A stretch of 64,000 nt of DNA from an uncultured Spirochaetota bacterium. GTDB lineage: Bacteria; Spirochaetota; Brevinematia; Brevinematales; JAOACQ01. The notes under the pieces were generated by a model. The model ran no database searches. It was not told where the DNA came from and worked only from the letters and a program-made list of their open reading frames with translations. Numbering within the stretch: position 1 is the stretch's first letter; each line of letters begins with the position of its first letter. Shown here in pieces: positions 26,501-34,202 of this stretch. Position numbers and translations under genes: made by a program. The stretch covers positions 68,529 to 132,528 of the forward strand of contig CAWEAK010000022.1 of the NCBI GenBank assembly GCA_963806975.1, given 5' to 3'.

Positions 26501-27621
26501 AAAATAAAACATTAAAGACCATCAATGGTATAAAGCTCGTCAGAAAATTCGAGACTCTCGACTTCTCGACTGATGTAAAAGCCTTTGCTCCAAATGGAAG
26601 CGGCTCACCCAATACAATAAAATTTCTTTCATCACTTTCTTCTACTGAGGATTTACTTCAGTCGGAACTGACAATTCAGGATAGTAAGGGGGAAATAATT
26701 AAAAAATTTGTTACCGATAATGAACTGAATAAAACTATCACCTGGGATGGAAAAGATGAAAAGGGTATATTTGCCGATGACGGGTTATATACGGCTGAGA
26801 TGAGGTGTAATTTTAACAGCGGTAATCTGATAGTTTCCTCAGTTTCCAATATTGTTCTGGATAAAACTCCTCCTGCTTACAAGTTTAATGTTTCTCCTGA
26901 ATTATTCACCCCCGACGGCGATGGAGAAAACGACATCTTATTCATAAACCTTGAACTGAATGATTTCAGCGATGTTAAACAGTGGGAACTAAATATATAC
27001 AAAAAACTTGATGACGTCGCTAAAGACTCCCTATTTAAGAGATTCTCAGGTACCGGGAATATTAAGCAAATATTTGAATGGGACGGTCTTAGCGACGACA
27101 AACAGGATCACGTGGAATCAGTGCAGGACTATATTTTAGAATTAAAGGCTGAGGATACTCTTGGGAATAAACTGCCCAATGTGAATAAAGTAATATCCGC
27201 AGGAGTACTAGTAGAAAAGACCACTGAAGGCCTTAAAATAAGAGTAAGCAATATACATTTTGCCTTTGACAAGGCTGATTTGATAGGCGACAGTAAAAAA
27301 ACACTGGATAAAGTCATCTACATTATTAGAAAAATCCTTTCAGATCCTGAAAAATATGGGATTACTGAAAATTACAAGATTGAAATCAGCGGACACACCG
27401 ATGACATAGGAACAGAGGAATACAACCAGAAACTTTCTGAAAAGAGGGCTCTTGCAGTTTATAAATACCTAATCGAGAATGATATAGACCCGAAAATTCT
27501 TACATCTGCAGGTTATGGTAAATCAAAGCCTTATAAGATAATTACACAGGATATGAGTAAAGAAAAAAAGGATGATTATAGAGCTAGAAACAGAAGAGTG
27601 GAGTTTTTTATAAGAAAATAG
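23575..27621 (+). CDS. giant envelope protein: N-terminal beta-barrel-like domain, eight FlgD-Ig-like repeats, C-terminal OmpA peptidoglycan-binding domain
   Basis: 1348 aa. Signal peptide, then about 320 aa rich in G and aromatic residues. Eight repeats follow (see the repeat feature). The C-terminal OmpA motif reads ISGHTDDIGTEEYNQKLSEKRALAVYKYL...GYGKSKP...RARNRRVEFFI. Confidence 0.8.
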   Translation: MYGFYLRKKGSMSLILIRFIVIITLLFPICGFTLNLLPGTQYIYYGYGAKELALGLTGISELGSIDGNSFNPASLGDERRVANSFTIGGFGSQNLLSSAGIAYPTDIGVFSINGLYTGNANTNFLNSLYGAQVNIAKPITENLFWGFGINLGSGTMASYSDWQAGIDMGIISSGKSDKTGIGFYDPSYGLVLKNIGKTINLTPYDPFPAMGIGAGASFYPIKFDFYKLKIIGDLFFPFNPFNVVLNAGIENTFFDLFKLRFGYIISTPSLGIPNIGPLNFGAGLSGKIKLKDSTDIDLSYALQNQSFNGKQELAHFVTVNVAWGYYDDQKPTAIITPNTVYFSPNFDAILDEVKFSLDIKDNEMVDSWEVNIIDSDKKIVKTFKSLEKLQLRSLTFQKFIGQILSRKQQVEIPKEVVWNGQNENGLRMPDGEYTYILKAWDENRNTVETEPGKIILDTIVPKIETTPSYLIFSPNNDGVKDDITFNLKSSDIEDIDKTKAVIQDTKSNIIKSYEFEGKLPDKIVWDGRNNNGTSAAEGEYSFHIIISNLAGSKAENTITGIRLVTNYQTVSVEAGNDAFSPNGDGVKDNITFKTKISNSWGLEKWSLKIYDANNSVVKEFKGEKNLPDSIIWDGKSVENKTLADGIYSYDLQLNFDSGNFPKSARNNVRIDTTPPYLSVKPQYNSFSPNADGKQDTIDFYNIVKGDGNDIIEVKISDSSGNVVYYNQYEKKDFPSTITWNGLDKDLKPLPEGKYNYELDGTDFVGNKSSAVVKDILLKTGLEKVAVQSDVPAISPNNENAVHKAFFSPSVTSKEGIISFTLDIVRDKKVIRSFNSDNFIDKIEWDGSDDSGKTVKDGIYTYLLKVKYNFGDEPVSTAKTIKVDTVAPYIDIKPDYLIFSPNNDGRKDTLTIKQAVKGDNNDKYQAVIIGPEGKSEKTYNWVGTVPAEIVWDGNNDNGNPVNEGIYTYQITGIDFAKNKTLKTINGIKLVRKFETLDFSTDVKAFAPNGSGSPNTIKFLSSLSSTEDLLQSELTIQDSKGEIIKKFVTDNELNKTITWDGKDEKGIFADDGLYTAEMRCNFNSGNLIVSSVSNIVLDKTPPAYKFNVSPELFTPDGDGENDILFINLELNDFSDVKQWELNIYKKLDDVAKDSLFKRFSGTGNIKQIFEWDGLSDDKQDHVESVQDYILELKAEDTLGNKLPNVNKVISAGVLVEKTTEGLKIRVSNIHFAFDKADLIGDSKKTLDKVIYIIRKILSDPEKYGITENYKIEISGHTDDIGTEEYNQKLSEKRALAVYKYLIENDIDPKILTSAGYGKSKPYKIITQDMSKEKKDDYRARNRRVEFFIRK
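24562..27200 (+). repeat. eight tandem domain-coding repeats (about 105-130 codons each) inside the giant OmpA-family gene
   Basis: Recurrent signature F/I-SPN-x-DG-x-x-D...(I/V)-WDG-x-(N/D)...G...(A/P)-(D/E)-G-x-Y-x-Y. Anchors are FSPNFDA, FSPNNDGVKD, FSPNGDGVKD, FSPNADGKQD, ISPNNENAVH, FSPNNDGRKD, FAPNGSGSPN and FTPDGDGEND. The nucleotide sequences have diverged. Confidence 0.7.
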
Positions 27622-27651
27622 AAAGAGGGCCGCCAAAAGCGACCCTCTTTC
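27621..27651. terminator. GC-rich hairpin between convergent genes
   Basis: GAAAGAGGG-CCGCCAAAAGCGA-CCCTCTTTC forms a 9-bp stem. No strong U-tract follows. Confidence 0.5.
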
Positions 27652-27678
27652 ACTATTGATATATCATAACTGATCTAT

Positions 27679-28509
27679 TTAAAGAGCATAATAGTAATAT
27701 GCCAGAGATGGAAACCTGGACCTCAGAAGAGCAATAACCCTTCTTTCAATTTGTCTCGTGGCTTCGGCAGATATTGAATATTTGCTTCCCAAGCTATGTA
27801 GTGTCTCTTTTTCCTCACAGTTAAACCCATACCTTTTTTTTATTATATCGCTCTCTCTGCAAGGAAAAGAATTAATTGCTTTCTGGATATCGTTTGATAA
27901 TATTCTGGATTCCACAATTTTTTCGGGATTATAAGTGTTATCCTGTATACTTTCAAATACATCATCGTTTGTTTCAAAAATACCACTGTTGGATAGAAAA
28001 TCTCCATTACCCTTAAACATTATCAAAACATCTATAGCATCCCTTCTCTTAACGTTTAAGTCTTTCACAATATCATCAATTGTTGGTAGTTTTCCAGAAT
28101 CAGCGAAAAATTCCCTGATATAGCTTTTTACCTTTTTATTAATTTCATCCTTCCTGTAAGATATACTCACACCAACTGTTGGTTTAATAAAACCTCTTAA
28201 AATGGATTGCTTGATCCAGAATGCAGCATAGGTAGAAAACTTTACTCCTCTTGTAGAATCAAATTTCTTAGCCGCTTTTATCAAGCCAAGATTGCCGTTT
28301 TGTATAACATCCATAATTGAAGAGCTCCCCCTGCACAATTCAAGAGAAATTTTTACAACAAGTTTTAGATTTGAATTGATCAATTTGTCAAGGGCGGTTT
28401 GATCGCCATTCTTGATCTTCTTTGCATACTCTATTTCTTCATCCGTAGTAATTCTAGAATACTTCGAAATATTATTAATGTACTGTTTTAAAATAGCCAC
28501 ATCCTTCAT
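27679..28509 (-). CDS. sigma-70 family alternative sigma factor (divergent RpoS/RpoD-like, regions 2-4)
   Basis: Region 2 LKLVVKISLE...DVIQNGNLGLIKAAKKFDSTRGVKFSTYAAFWIKQSILRGF and region 4 ETLHSLGSKYSISAEATRQIERRVIALLRS. The start is set at ATG 28509 (MKDVAILKQ), preceded by AGGAGG. The track start 28566 would place the promoter inside the ORF. Confidence 0.8.
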   Translation of the reverse strand: MKDVAILKQYINNISKYSRITTDEEIEYAKKIKNGDQTALDKLINSNLKLVVKISLELCRGSSSIMDVIQNGNLGLIKAAKKFDSTRGVKFSTYAAFWIKQSILRGFIKPTVGVSISYRKDEINKKVKSYIREFFADSGKLPTIDDIVKDLNVKRRDAIDVLIMFKGNGDFLSNSGIFETNDDVFESIQDNTYNPEKIVESRILSNDIQKAINSFPCRESDIIKKRYGFNCEEKETLHSLGSKYSISAEATRQIERRVIALLRSRFPSLAYYYYAL

Positions 28510-28539
28510 ATTCGGCCTCCTCTGGGGACGAATATATAT

Positions 28540-28555
28540 TGCAATATCTGTGCCA
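28540..28555 (-). promoter_or_regulatory. sigma-54 (-24/-12) promoter TGGCAC-AGATA-TTGCA
   Basis: The minus strand from 28555 to 28540 reads TGGCACAGATATTGCA, an exact match to the core consensus TGGCAC-N5-TTGCW. It is followed by about 17 nt, AGGAGG, then ATG 28509. Confidence 0.75.
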
Positions 28556-28778
28556 TTCATCTTCAATAATTAGCTTTTTTATTATATGAATATTACTCAT
28601 ATAAAGAATAATTTTGATAAGATAGATTTTTAATAACAATTAGTATGCTTTTTTATACATACTCTAATGAATTACTATTGATAATAATAAGTAATTTGTT
28701 AAAAATCTATTTATTTTCGATGATATTTAAGATCAATATACCTATTTTGAAGATTTCATATTCTTGAATAATATTTCT

Positions 28779-29297
28779 CTATTTTTCAATATCGTCAAGC
28801 CATTTTAAATCTTCTTTTTCAAGCTCAAGCTGTATCTTATATGCCACATCATTTTTTTTAAATTTATTTGAAAGCTCAAAAACCAGTTTTTTTATTCTAT
28901 AAACCTCTACTGAAGTAAGAAATTTTCCTATACCCTTATTCTTAACAAAATCATTAAGTAATTCTAAAACTTTAATGTTGGCGCAGGTTTCCAGAAGGAA
29001 ACTATATTGCGCTATCTGTTTATAATACTTATTTTTGATCATAATTATAAATATTTTATTTATATTTGAAGCAAGGAATGGAGAAACATCAACAATTTCA
29101 TTCTTTAAGTTCTCGAATAAAAAAGAAAAGCCTTCTATGTCCTCTTTTTTCTTTATTATTGATAAATAATTATTAATAACATTGACAAAATTTTTATTAT
29201 CCAGATGATAATGTCTTTTTAATTCCTGAAAATCTTCAGCTTTCATAGCAAAGATATTATTCTCAAGTTTTTCAACGACATCCTTTGAAATTTTCAT
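28779..29297 (-). CDS. hypothetical protein, predicted all-helical, no recognisable domain
   Basis: 172-aa ORF whose start lies 4 nt downstream of the stop of the PP2C gene, on the same strand. K/E/N-rich, with no TM segment. Confidence 0.5.
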   Translation of the reverse strand: MKISKDVVEKLENNIFAMKAEDFQELKRHYHLDNKNFVNVINNYLSIIKKKEDIEGFSFLFENLKNEIVDVSPFLASNINKIFIIMIKNKYYKQIAQYSFLLETCANIKVLELLNDFVKNKGIGKFLTSVEVYRIKKLVFELSNKFKKNDVAYKIQLELEKEDLKWLDDIEK

Positions 29298-29301
29298 AGT
29301 C

Positions 29302-31383
29302 TTACTCCATTATTTCCAGTAAGATTACTGTAATGTCATCTATCCTATAGATTTTCTCCTGACTGTCGCCATTATGCTTTTCATTTATTATCTTCTCTTC
29401 TAATATTTCCTTCATTCCCTTTATACTTAACTGATTGTTATTCAGCAGATATTGTTTAAGAAGCTCTTGCTCGTTTGAAAAAATATCAAGTATCCCATCA
29501 CTAAATAAGCAAATTTTTTCACCAGACTTAATGTTTCTAATTTCTTCCATATAATTAAACTCTTCAATAATTCCAACAGGAGGAGATTTATCCATTCCAA
29601 AAGTTTCACTTTTTCCTTCTTTATTAATAGTAATTGCATGAGGATGCCCTGCCGAACTATATTTCATAACTTTATTTTCTATATCAATTAAAATTACAAA
29701 TAAAGTAACAAATTTACTTCCATTCATATTAAGATTAATAATTTTTCTATTCATCATTTTTAAAAAAAGAGATAAATCTATATCTTTATTATGCTCAAAA
29801 GAACTCTTAAAATCGCCATAAACATCCTTAACCAATACTGTAAGCATTGAGGCCCCTATTCCATGACCGGATACATCGGCTAACATGGCTAAATAATACT
29901 TTTTCTTCTCAATTTCAATTTCGTCGATGTAATAGAAATCTCCTCCGATTTCGTCTGATGGTAAAAATATACTTTCAAATTTAATATTTTTATTATTGGG
30001 AAGATCCTGCGGTATAAGACTTAAATGCATGCTTTTTGCTACTTGGAGATTATCAATGAGGTTTTTATTCATTTCTTCAAGCTTTTCCCTGGTATTCATA
30101 ATATATGTATTATCAATAAAAAAAATTATCACTCCCTGTAACGTTTCCATACTTTTTATTGGGAAAAAGCGAATATTGTACCATAGACCGGACATTTTCA
30201 TATTTACAAAATTCAATTCCAAATCACTTTTTTCTAATTCCTTTATCTTTTCTTTCATCTCCAATCCAAATCCTCTTGGAAAAACCTGAGATATCTCCTT
30301 TCCAAGATAACTGCCGTTGCTATTGATAATATTTTTTACCTTTTCATTCAGATAAATGATCCGGTTTTCCTCATTCAATAAAACAATACCATCCCTTGCA
30401 TTTTCTACAATACTTTTATTGATCATTGCCTGTCTTTTAATGCTGTTTTTCCATATTTCTTCCTTTGTAATATCTTTTATAATAATGTAAAAACCCGAAA
30501 AAATATCCTTAATAATTATCCTTTTCAAAATTCCCTCTGTTATTACTTCGGTAAAATTGCAATCTCTTGTTATTAGATCAATTTTAACCTCATCAATTTT
30601 CTCAGAAATCTCAACGGTTTTGTAAAATTTCTGCAGAGAACCGCTGTCAATAAAATCAATAAATTTTTTATTAATAACCTCATTGGAATCATAACCAAAC
30701 ATTATTTCAGCCCCTTTATTCCAAGAAGTAATATTGTATTCTGAATCAACGGAGATAAAAGCGTAGTCTTTTATACTTTCCAGCATAACCTGTTTTATAT
30801 CCAATTCTCTTTCATTAATCACCGTTATGATATCAATAATTCTTTCTTTAATTTTTCTGGTATTAAAAAATATTTTCCTTTTTGCTCTATAAAGTGAGAG
30901 CCTGCTATTATAGACAAAAATATAAAAGGCAAAAAGTTTTTTACCCTGGAAGATAGGTAAAACAAGAAACTTTTTCTTTTTTTTAAATATATTCTGTTGA
31001 AATTTAGTTTCCAGTTTTCCTTCCCGAATCTTTTTTAATTCTTTTAACTTCTTTATTTCAATCTTTTCATTTTGGCTGATTTTTAAAGCGCTTAATACCT
31101 CTTCATTTTTAAAAGAAATTGTTTCAATATGAAATGCTTTTTCATCAATGAGAAAAAATAGGGATAAATCGGAAAGTAAGATGTTTCTCAATTCATTGCA
31201 TAGATAACTGAAAAAATCTTTTGAAAAACTGATGGATATCTTTTCTATCCTTAAAAAATTTTTAAACATTCTTTCAAGTAAAATATCAAATTGATAAGAA
31301 TTTTTCGCAAAATCAACTGACAAAAAAACAAGGAACAAAACTAAAATGCTTATCATTAATATAATAATATAAGAACTGCTCAT
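29302..31383 (-). CDS. membrane-anchored sensor PP2C phosphatase (N-terminal TM and GAF-like region, two PAS-like modules, SpoIIE/RsbU domain)
   Basis: PAS-like segments (ITSWNKGAEIMFGYDSNEVINKKFIDF; RDGIVLLNEENRIIYLNEK). PP2C motifs GGDFYYID, ADVSGHGIGASM, FSDGILD and DDITVILLEI. Confidence 0.8.
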   Translation of the reverse strand: MSSSYIIILMISILVLFLVFLSVDFAKNSYQFDILLERMFKNFLRIEKISISFSKDFFSYLCNELRNILLSDLSLFFLIDEKAFHIETISFKNEEVLSALKISQNEKIEIKKLKELKKIREGKLETKFQQNIFKKKKKFLVLPIFQGKKLFAFYIFVYNSRLSLYRAKRKIFFNTRKIKERIIDIITVINERELDIKQVMLESIKDYAFISVDSEYNITSWNKGAEIMFGYDSNEVINKKFIDFIDSGSLQKFYKTVEISEKIDEVKIDLITRDCNFTEVITEGILKRIIIKDIFSGFYIIIKDITKEEIWKNSIKRQAMINKSIVENARDGIVLLNEENRIIYLNEKVKNIINSNGSYLGKEISQVFPRGFGLEMKEKIKELEKSDLELNFVNMKMSGLWYNIRFFPIKSMETLQGVIIFFIDNTYIMNTREKLEEMNKNLIDNLQVAKSMHLSLIPQDLPNNKNIKFESIFLPSDEIGGDFYYIDEIEIEKKKYYLAMLADVSGHGIGASMLTVLVKDVYGDFKSSFEHNKDIDLSLFLKMMNRKIINLNMNGSKFVTLFVILIDIENKVMKYSSAGHPHAITINKEGKSETFGMDKSPPVGIIEEFNYMEEIRNIKSGEKICLFSDGILDIFSNEQELLKQYLLNNNQLSIKGMKEILEEKIINEKHNGDSQEKIYRIDDITVILLEIME

Positions 31384-31480
31384 AACCTTCTCTTTTATTT
31401 TTTGCTGAACTCGGACTCAATATCTCTCACTATTTTGTCCAAGAGTCAATACTAATACTTAGTAATATAAGAAAATATTA

Positions 31481-32524
31481 TTAAGACCAATAAAATGATT
31501 TTGGAATGAAATACTTATAATATAGCTTCATAGCTTCATTGTCAGTCATTAAAGCTAAGAAATCAACTAAAGCTCTTTTTTCGTCAATATCTGAAATATA
31601 GTTTGCCTCGTTAAGTTGTTTATTTACTATATCCATATTTTTTTCTAAAAAGTGGTATAATTCAAAAAGGATATTTTTAGTTTTATTCATTTCATTTGTT
31701 ATCAAAGGATGATTGTATACATTAGCATACAGAAAATTTCTAAGATTCTCTATAGCCTGTAAGACTTCAAGGCTTAATTCAATATGATCCTTTTTCAAGC
31801 TTTTTTTTATGACATCCTTAACAAGAGTATCTATCCTTTCAGAGTGTTTTCTGCCAAGAATTTTTTTTTCAGATTCAGGCAGATCTTCTTCAGTTAATAT
31901 ACCTGATTTCACAGCATCATCTATATCATGAATTACATATGCAATAATGTCAGATATTCTAACAACTTCACCCTCAATAGTCAAAGGATAATCATTATTA
32001 TTTTCAGGCATAATGTGATCTTTACCGGTTTTTGAATGTTTTCTTATCCCATCAAGAACCTCAATTGTAAGATTAAGACCCTTTCTGTTCTTTTCGAGGT
32101 TTTCCAAAACACGCACACTATGTTCCGAATGCTTAAAGTCAGGATAGGCTTCTTCCCTTATTACAGTTTCTCCGGTATGCCCGAATGGGGTATGTCCAAC
32201 ATCATGTCCAAGAGCTATAGCTTCCGTTAAATCCTCATTAAGGCAAAGTGCTCTGGATATTGTTCTTGCTATTTGAGAAACTTCAAGAGTATGAGTTAAT
32301 CTTGTTCTGAAAATATCACTAGTTGATGAAAGGAAAACCTGTGTTTTATGTTTAAGACGTCTAAATGATTCACAATGTATAATTCTATCTCTGTCTCTCA
32401 TATATTCGGTTCTTGTTTCATCTGATTCTTCTTTATTTTTTCTTCCTCTTGTATTTATACTTTTAGAAGCTCTTGATGAAAGTATTGATTCTTCTCTTTC
32501 CTCAAGAAATTCTCTTATATTCAT
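31481..32524 (-). CDS. dgt: dGTP triphosphohydrolase-like HD-domain protein
   Basis: RDRDRIIHCESFRRLKHKTQVF, FRTRLTHTLEVSQIAR and the HD motif GHDVGHTPFGH. Confidence 0.85.
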   Translation of the reverse strand: MNIREFLEEREESILSSRASKSINTRGRKNKEESDETRTEYMRDRDRIIHCESFRRLKHKTQVFLSSTSDIFRTRLTHTLEVSQIARTISRALCLNEDLTEAIALGHDVGHTPFGHTGETVIREEAYPDFKHSEHSVRVLENLEKNRKGLNLTIEVLDGIRKHSKTGKDHIMPENNNDYPLTIEGEVVRISDIIAYVIHDIDDAVKSGILTEEDLPESEKKILGRKHSERIDTLVKDVIKKSLKKDHIELSLEVLQAIENLRNFLYANVYNHPLITNEMNKTKNILFELYHFLEKNMDIVNKQLNEANYISDIDEKRALVDFLALMTDNEAMKLYYKYFIPKSFYWS

Positions 32525-33039
32525 AAGAATACTCCTAATATATAAATAATATTTCTTTTCTTTACTAATATGTATTATTAATCCATAAATTTAATCTTTT
32601 ATTTTCCTATTTTTTTATATTCACTCTAATTACGAACTTTTTAATTTGTGCGTACCTAGAAAAATAAAATTGAAATCTTATTAAAACTTTTCTATTTCTT
32701 TTTTATTATTTTACCCTTTATTGAAAATCTTTTGTTTTTGTTCATAAAAAAGCACAAATATTATAAGCGTTTCAGCACAAATTTACGCACATAAAAGGAA
32801 ATTCTTTAGAAGTATAAAAATTTTCCGAAAATAATAATAGCATTTTTTCTACATGAAGATGTTTCTCTATCATATTTAAAGGATAGTTTATTGTTTGTAG
32901 TGTGAAAAATCAAATTTTATTGAATATCACTAAGTAATAGAAGGTGGTTTGAAAGGAAGTCCACTTACTTCGGCTTACTTGAAAATCGGATCAAGTAATA
33001 CTCGGGTCAAGCAGGACTCTCTTTAATTGGAGTGAAGGT

Positions 33040-34080
33040 ATGAGTAAAGTAAGAAATTTTGCAATCGCAAGTCTTATTATTTTAATAATTTTTTTAACTT
33101 ATTTTATGTTTTTTTCAAATAGGTTTGATTTATTTTCTTTTAAGGAAGATGAGAAAATTTATCAAAAAATCAAAGTCAGCTATGAGCTTGAAGATTATCA
33201 AAAGGCTTTAAACCTGATTGAAGACTTTTTGTCCGAATATTCTCAAAGCAGTTTTAAAAACAAGGTATCTATAACCGCCGCAAATATATTTTACCAGAAA
33301 AAGGATTATGAAAAGGCGAAGTATTATGCTGAAAAAGCCGTAAGTTTGTCTGATAATAATATTGATTATATAGATTCAGTAATCATTCTTGGGAAGATAT
33401 ACAAGGATTTGGAATTTTTTGAACCTGTTGTAATGAATTATCTTGAAGATGCATATTTAAAAGCAGATAATATAAATAAGAGTGAAATAGCTGTTTATCT
33501 TGGTTATGAGTATCTTTTTAAAAAAGATTACATCAATTCTATCCGATATTTTAACAGTACTTCGGGAGAACTTTCTATAATAGGCAGGGCAAGAGTATAT
33601 ATTGAACAGGGTAAATACCCAGAAACGATTCAGGAATATAATAATTATTTTTCATTATATCCAAAAAGTGAGAAAATAGAAAATATAAAAACAGTCTTTT
33701 TTAAACAGTCTATGTTTTATGCGGAACAGTTGAAAAAAGCCGGGCTTTATGAAAAAGCAGTTCAGTATTATCTTAATATTTCTGATCGATTCCCGAGAGA
33801 CAACGCTGCTGACAGCGTTTTTATTAATATTGCAGAAGTTTATAGAATTCAAAAAAACTATGAAAAAGCGCTTTACTATGTGGATAAAGTTCTTGCAAAT
33901 AGTGTAACTGCCTGCAATGAGGAGGCAATATTCGACAAGGCCTCTATATTTTATGAGATGGGGAAAAAGACAGAATCTCTAAAACTATTCCAGGAGATTA
34001 TTTCTAAATATCCTACAGGCTTTTTCTCAAAAAAAGCTGAAGAATGGATTGATGTTATTTCAAAGGATATAAATTCTTAA
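33040..34080 (+). CDS. membrane-anchored tetratricopeptide-repeat protein
   Basis: N-terminal TM (FAIASLIILIIFLTYFMFF), then repeated TPR-like units (YQKALNLIEDF, YEKAKYYAEKA, YEKALYYVDKV). Confidence 0.6.
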   Translation: MSKVRNFAIASLIILIIFLTYFMFFSNRFDLFSFKEDEKIYQKIKVSYELEDYQKALNLIEDFLSEYSQSSFKNKVSITAANIFYQKKDYEKAKYYAEKAVSLSDNNIDYIDSVIILGKIYKDLEFFEPVVMNYLEDAYLKADNINKSEIAVYLGYEYLFKKDYINSIRYFNSTSGELSIIGRARVYIEQGKYPETIQEYNNYFSLYPKSEKIENIKTVFFKQSMFYAEQLKKAGLYEKAVQYYLNISDRFPRDNAADSVFINIAEVYRIQKNYEKALYYVDKVLANSVTACNEEAIFDKASIFYEMGKKTESLKLFQEIISKYPTGFFSKKAEEWIDVISKDINS

Positions 34081-34202
34081 ATAAATTTAACAAGCGTGCC
34101 CTTTCGTTACGCTCAGGATAAGCCGCTTGATCCTGGTGTAATTCCTCGCATCTCTGCGGAGTTCTCGAGGTTTTGCCTCAAGGATTCTTTATTAAGTTTG
34201 TA

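Noticed and set aside
24562-27200. The eight repeats in the giant gene as a hypervariable or contingency tandem DNA repeat, or a DGR target.
   Set aside because: The repeats are conserved only at protein-motif level and the nucleotide sequences have diverged. No reverse transcriptase or template repeat is present in the window.
34081-34202. Possible cobalamin riboswitch next to cobS.
   Set aside because: The region lies downstream of cobS (a minus-strand gene) and between convergent genes. I also see no B12-box-like core. It is treated as a terminator or repeat region instead.
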